Assembly: GCF_000039765.1 (NCBI RefSeq)
Contig: NC_004459.3
Span: forward strand, 720,001-752,000
Direction: 5' to 3'
From: Vibrio vulnificus CMCP6
GTDB taxonomy: Bacteria; Pseudomonadota; Gammaproteobacteria; Enterobacterales; Vibrionaceae
Length of the DNA stretch: 32,000 nucleotides
Shown here: one piece after another, positions 28,647-32,000 of the stretch
How positions within the stretch are numbered: position 1 is the stretch's first letter
Layout: each line of letters opens with the position of its first letter
Notes under the pieces: model-generated
Databases searched by the model: none
Seen by the model: the letters and a program-made list of their open reading frames with translations, nothing else
What the model was told of the DNA's origin: nothing
Program-made: the position numbers and the translations under genes

Positions 28647-29519
28647 ATGCAAGCTCAGCAACTGGCTATCGTTTTACTGATTGTTGGCAATTTCTTGGCG
28701 ACGCTTCCCGATGTCGCCGTTAAGCTCATCGACGGCGACATCTCCCCATTTCAATACATGTTTTTACGTCAGGTGGTCTCGCTCTCACTCATCACGCCCT
28801 TATGGTGGGTTCAATCGCCAGAACAACGGCGATTAACACAACCCGCAGTGACCATCACCCGAGCGCACCTCATTTTGATTGGTAGCGGTTGCATGATGGT
28901 TTCTATCACTTATCTACCGCTGGCAACCGCCAATGCGGTTTTTTATGCCGCACCGTTACTCATGCTGCCATTGTCGATTTGGCTATTGAAAGAACGCCCT
29001 TCCGCCGCCAAAGTGCTTGCGACCAGCCTGGGCTTTGTTGGTGTGTTGATCGTGTTGCGTCCTTCTCAATTTCATTGGGCGGCACTCTTTGCACTCGGCA
29101 CCGCCACCACACTCGCACTGTTTAACATCCTAGTGAGAAAATTGCCGGCCTCGCAATCGGTGGTGACCACATTATGGTGGACAACCCTGTTCTCCATTCC
29201 GGTATCTGCCTTGCTCGCGCTATTTCATTGGCAACCCATGAGTGCTCAACTGTTTCTGTTGGTCGCAATAAGCGCAGTGTGCATCCTTGGCTATAACGGC
29301 TTGGCCGTTGCAGCGTATCGCCGTGCGCCAGCAGGCCAAATTGCGCTCTCGGAGTATTCTGGATTGCTGTTTGTCACCCTCATTGGCGTGGTGGGTTTTA
29401 ACGAGCTGCCTGATGGCTTCACTTGGCTAGGAATTTCATTGATTGTGCTGCCGCTACTGCCCGTCCGCGAGTGGTTACATGCCAGGCAACGGAAACATCG
29501 CTCTCCATCATCGAGCTAG
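28647..29519 (+). CDS. EamA/DMT-superfamily transporter
   Basis: This 290-aa ORF is predicted to have 10 TM helices from two EamA-like halves. Its ATG abuts the elaA stop (TAAATG), suggesting co-translation. Confidence 0.8.
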   Translation: MQAQQLAIVLLIVGNFLATLPDVAVKLIDGDISPFQYMFLRQVVSLSLITPLWWVQSPEQRRLTQPAVTITRAHLILIGSGCMMVSITYLPLATANAVFYAAPLLMLPLSIWLLKERPSAAKVLATSLGFVGVLIVLRPSQFHWAALFALGTATTLALFNILVRKLPASQSVVTTLWWTTLFSIPVSALLALFHWQPMSAQLFLLVAISAVCILGYNGLAVAAYRRAPAGQIALSEYSGLLFVTLIGVVGFNELPDGFTWLGISLIVLPLLPVREWLHARQRKHRSPSSS

Positions 29520-29541
29520 AAAAAAAGAGCTCGCATAAACG

Positions 29542-29568
29542 CAATAAGGCGCTCAACGCGCCTTATTG
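29542..29568. terminator. Hairpin between the convergent eamA-family gene and ytfB/oapA
   Basis: CAATAAGGCGC-TCAAC-GCGCCTTATTG forms an 11-bp perfect stem. U-tracts are weak on both sides. Confidence 0.55.
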
Positions 29569-29592
29569 GGACTGATTCATAACACCGCAGCG

Positions 29593-30156
29593 CTACTTGC
29601 TGCGGCCAAAACCACCATCAGACAAGCGGAAAAACATCACTGAAGTGGTGCCTTTTTCCAACTGTAAAATGTCCAATTGGCCAGTGTCATTAAGCTTAAA
29701 ACGCACCAACTGACCTTGCTTGATCTGGCTGAGCGGTTTGTCATCCCCTTCGATGCGCACCAGTGCATTGAGATCCGACATCGACAATTGATTATTACGA
29801 AACACCTGAGAAAGGGTGTCACCATCACGCACTAGGTATTCCTTCCAGCTATTGGACTTTAAGTTGTTCTGCTCTTCTGTGCGTTGCTGGCTTAACCCGG
29901 TAGTATCAATATCCAAAGCAATACGCTGCGGCGTGCTAGGCTCTGACACTTTGAGCTCTGGTTCGCTACTTGGCCACAGTAACAAGACAAACAGGACAGG
30001 AACCAAAACATAAAGCGCACGTTGATGTAAACGTGGCAACGTTGCCCAAAACTGCTTTACGTTGGACAAAATACGCTGGTAATCAAATTGAGCAATACGC
30101 TGTTTACACAGCGCCAGATAATCTACCTGAGCCTTCTTCTTTCTACGTCGATTCAT
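29593..30156 (-). CDS. ytfB: OapA/YtfB-family protein (N-terminal TM anchor, C-terminal LysM-like OapA domain)
   Basis: The product reads MNRRRKKKAQ..., then TM ALYVLVPVLFVLLLW, then C-terminal YLVRDGDTLSQVFRNNQLSMSDLNALV...LSQIKQGQLVRF. It is divergent from fklB, as E. coli ytfB is. I chose the ATG at 30156 rather than the track start 30183. Confidence 0.75.
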   Translation of the reverse strand: MNRRRKKKAQVDYLALCKQRIAQFDYQRILSNVKQFWATLPRLHQRALYVLVPVLFVLLLWPSSEPELKVSEPSTPQRIALDIDTTGLSQQRTEEQNNLKSNSWKEYLVRDGDTLSQVFRNNQLSMSDLNALVRIEGDDKPLSQIKQGQLVRFKLNDTGQLDILQLEKGTTSVMFFRLSDGGFGRSK

Positions 30157-30443
30157 GCTAGTGCTTCTCCAAACCCTTTGCACTCAGTATAAAAATACAA
30201 ATTGGCTGAGTATAGTGCTTTCCGATGACAGTGAGTCATTACAAGGTAAAAATGGTTAAAAAGCGTGAAGGAAAACGTTCCTTTTACACGGCCATTCGCC
30301 CCTCGGTGAGAGATGGGCCATTTAAACCTGTAGCCTAAACTGTTATCCTTTCGCTTTCATTCGTTCAATAAGAGTGACTTTTATGTCCTGACATTAAATT
30401 TGAAACCGTAGAAGAGAAAGCAAGCTACGGTATCGGCCTACAA

Positions 30444-31004
30444 ATGGGCCAGCAGCTAGCAGGTTCAGGTCTTGATGGCCTAAACGTTGCAGCCATCGCA
30501 GCGGGTATCGCCACATCTCTAACAGGCGACATGCCAGCGGTAGAAGTAGACGAAATCAACAAAGCGCTACACGAGCTATACACTCGCGCAGAATCTGCGC
30601 GTGCAGAAGCGGCAAAAGCCGCAGCGGCTGACGGCGAGGTATTCCTAAAAGACAACGCGCTTCGTCCAGAAGTAACGGTTCTTGAGTCTGGCCTGCAATA
30701 CGAAATCATCACCGAAGGTAATGGCGAAATCCCAACGTCAGACAAAACCGTACGTGTTCACTACCATGGCGAACTGGTTGACGGCACCGTTTTCGATAGC
30801 TCAGTATCACGTGGCCAACCAGCGCAATTCCCAGTAACGGGTGTGATTAAAGGTTGGGTTGAAGCACTACAACTGATGCCTGTAGGCTCTAAATGGAAAC
30901 TGTACATCCCACACGATCTTGCTTACGGCGAGCGTGGTGCGGGCGCGTCCATTCCTCCATTTGCAGCACTTGTATTTGAAGTAGAACTGCTAGACATCGT
31001 TTAA
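30444..31004 (+). CDS. fklB: FKBP-type peptidyl-prolyl cis-trans isomerase FklB (longest intact ORF; 5' end appears frameshifted)
   Basis: The C-terminal FKBP domain is clear ([77 protein letters not shown]). Homology continues upstream in the same frame to about 30390 ([18 protein letters not shown]). The SD-preceded ATG at 30383 is in a different frame and hits TGA after 2 codons. Confidence 0.85.
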   Translation: MGQQLAGSGLDGLNVAAIAAGIATSLTGDMPAVEVDEINKALHELYTRAESARAEAAKAAAADGEVFLKDNALRPEVTVLESGLQYEIITEGNGEIPTSDKTVRVHYHGELVDGTVFDSSVSRGQPAQFPVTGVIKGWVEALQLMPVGSKWKLYIPHDLAYGERGAGASIPPFAALVFEVELLDIV

Positions 31005-31027
31005 TCTAAACTTGTAGCATTTCTCAT

Positions 31028-31058
31028 AACGGCGACACATTGTGTCGCCGTTTTTTTT
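31028..31058 (+). terminator. Rho-independent terminator of fklB
   Basis: AACGGCGACAC (31028-31038) pairs with GTGTCGCCGTT (31042-31052). T8 follows. Confidence 0.9.
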
Positions 31059-31137
31059 GGATAATACTGAAACCATTCAAAACAAGAATATTCGGTTGCG
31101 ACAATACCGAAAATAAGTCAGAAAATAAGGAAATATT

Positions 31138-31611
31138 ATGTACAAGAAAATCGCTATCGCCGCCTTTGTCAGTGTTGCACTTATGGGATGTCAAACGACA
31201 TCGAAACAAACTCAAACAGGTACCGAAAGTGGCTATAGCGAAATCGCTAATGCGGCGCTGATGGGCGCAGTTCAAACATGGTCTCAAAAAGGAGCTGCCG
31301 ATAGCGATCTCGTCTCCGCGATACAAAATAGCACTAATGTGTCATCTGAACAGGCTATTGGCGGGATCGGCTCACTACTCGCGTTAGCTCAAAACTCATT
31401 GAGCAGTAACGAAAACAATGAGTTATCGGGGCTCATTCCGGGATTTGATTCTTTACAGTCAAGTGGCTTGACGGCTTTAATTAGTAATAACGAAACGGTT
31501 AAGAGCGCATTTTCTGCATTGGGCTTAGATCCAGCTCTTATTTCAACCTTTACACCGATCATCCTAAGCGCACTACAAAAACCAGGGCGCAAGCTCAGGT
31601 TTGCTAGATAG
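31138..31611 (+). CDS. DUF2780 (VcgC/VcgE-like) lipoprotein; 3' end probably frameshifted
   Basis: The lipobox is MYKKIAIAAFVSVALMG|C. The body is Ser/Gly/Leu/Ala-rich (GGIGSLLALAQNSL..., SSGLTALIS...). After an A5 run at 31577-31581 the +1 frame continues as NQGASSGLLDSLSSIWK*, stopping at 31633. That fits the protein better than the track C-terminus PGRKLRFAR*. Confidence 0.7.
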   Translation: MYKKIAIAAFVSVALMGCQTTSKQTQTGTESGYSEIANAALMGAVQTWSQKGAADSDLVSAIQNSTNVSSEQAIGGIGSLLALAQNSLSSNENNELSGLIPGFDSLQSSGLTALISNNETVKSAFSALGLDPALISTFTPIILSALQKPGRKLRFAR

Positions 31612-31659
31612 CCTTTCTTCTATCTGGAAATAAGCGAAGCGAGAAGCGAGAAAATGTTG

Positions 31660-31690
31660 AAGGGTTGGCGCAGTGCCAACCCTTTTCTTT
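31660..31690 (+). terminator. Rho-independent terminator after the DUF2780 gene
   Basis: AAGGGTTGGC-GCAGT-GCCAACCCTT forms a 10-bp stem. TTCTTT follows. Confidence 0.8.
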
Positions 31691-31852
31691 AAATTCGATA
31701 ATGAAATCCAAATTAGGACCCAGTGCTGTCTGCAACTTTTGACTCTCTCTCCGCGATCTCATCTCGAAGAACGGAGTTCGCTCGCGATTCTCTGAGCGAA
31801 GCTTTCTCAAAGGAAGTAAGGTGTGGCTCGTTATTTCCTTACCTTACAAACG

Positions 31853-31882
31853 CAAAAAAGCCGAGCTAATGCTCGGCTTTTC
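31853..31882 (-). terminator. Rho-independent terminator of rplQ (usable in both directions)
   Basis: GCCGAGC-TAAT-GCTCGGC occupies 31860-31877. On the minus strand it is followed by TTTTTTGCG, and on the plus strand by TTTTCTGTTCTT. Confidence 0.8.
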
Positions 31883-31899
31883 TGTTCTTACGAACCTGA

Positions 31900-32000
31900 T
31901 TACTCAGCAGCAGCTTCTTCAGCAGCTGGGCGATCTACAAGCTCAATGTAAGCCATTGGAGCTTTGTCACCAGCACGGAAGCCAGCTTTTAGGATACGAG
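31900..32000 (-). CDS. rplQ: 50S ribosomal protein L17, C-terminal end (gene runs off the right edge)
   Basis: My own minus-strand translation gives ...[32 protein letters not shown]. This matches the E. coli L17 C-terminus (..[23 protein letters not shown]...AAAE). Confidence 0.9.
   Translation of the reverse strand, partial: RILKAGFRAGDKAPMAYIELVDRPAAEEAAAE

Noticed and set aside
31604-31810. A TTG-start 68-aa minus-strand ORF next to rplQ.
   Set aside because: It runs straight through the strong terminator hairpin at 31660-31690, has no SD, and has basic low-complexity composition.

Overview
This window reads as conserved core chromosome of a Vibrio, most like V. cholerae chromosome 1. 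That call rests on protein content and gene order only; no search was run. Much of it is syntenic with the E. coli 95-96 min region. In order it carries thiP'-thiB with a TPP riboswitch, ubiX-mpl, fbp, ppa, a lipoprotein gene, ytfP-tamB-tamA, msrA and ytfK/ytfJ. These are followed by a Zur-box-controlled zrg-type zinc uptake cluster, an orphan DUF2806-like gene, and a cobA-cysD-cysN-DASS transporter-cysC sulfate activation operon. The right end holds cpdB, a Crp/Fnr-like regulator with elaA-eamA, ytfB/oapA, fklB, a DUF2780 lipoprotein gene and the 3' end of rplQ. I count about 30 protein genes, one riboswitch, one Zur box and many Rho-independent terminators. I found no rRNA, tRNA, CRISPR array, integrase, transposase or other mobile-element or defence-island hallmark. 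I do not see convincing evidence for a wholly new multi-gene system. The best leads are: (1) the zrg cluster, a zinc importer built on a MacB/FtsX-type ABC chassis, with a small secreted His/Cys-rich ORF between the Zur box and zrgA and an 18-bp tandem repeat encoding the His-rich loop; (2) a monocistronic DUF2806/TIGR03899-like gene of unknown function; (3) a DASS/SLC13 transporter with twin TrkA-C domains embedded in the cys operon; (4) two apparent single-base frameshifts, at the fklB 5' end and the DUF2780 gene 3' end, that are either real gene disruptions or assembly errors.
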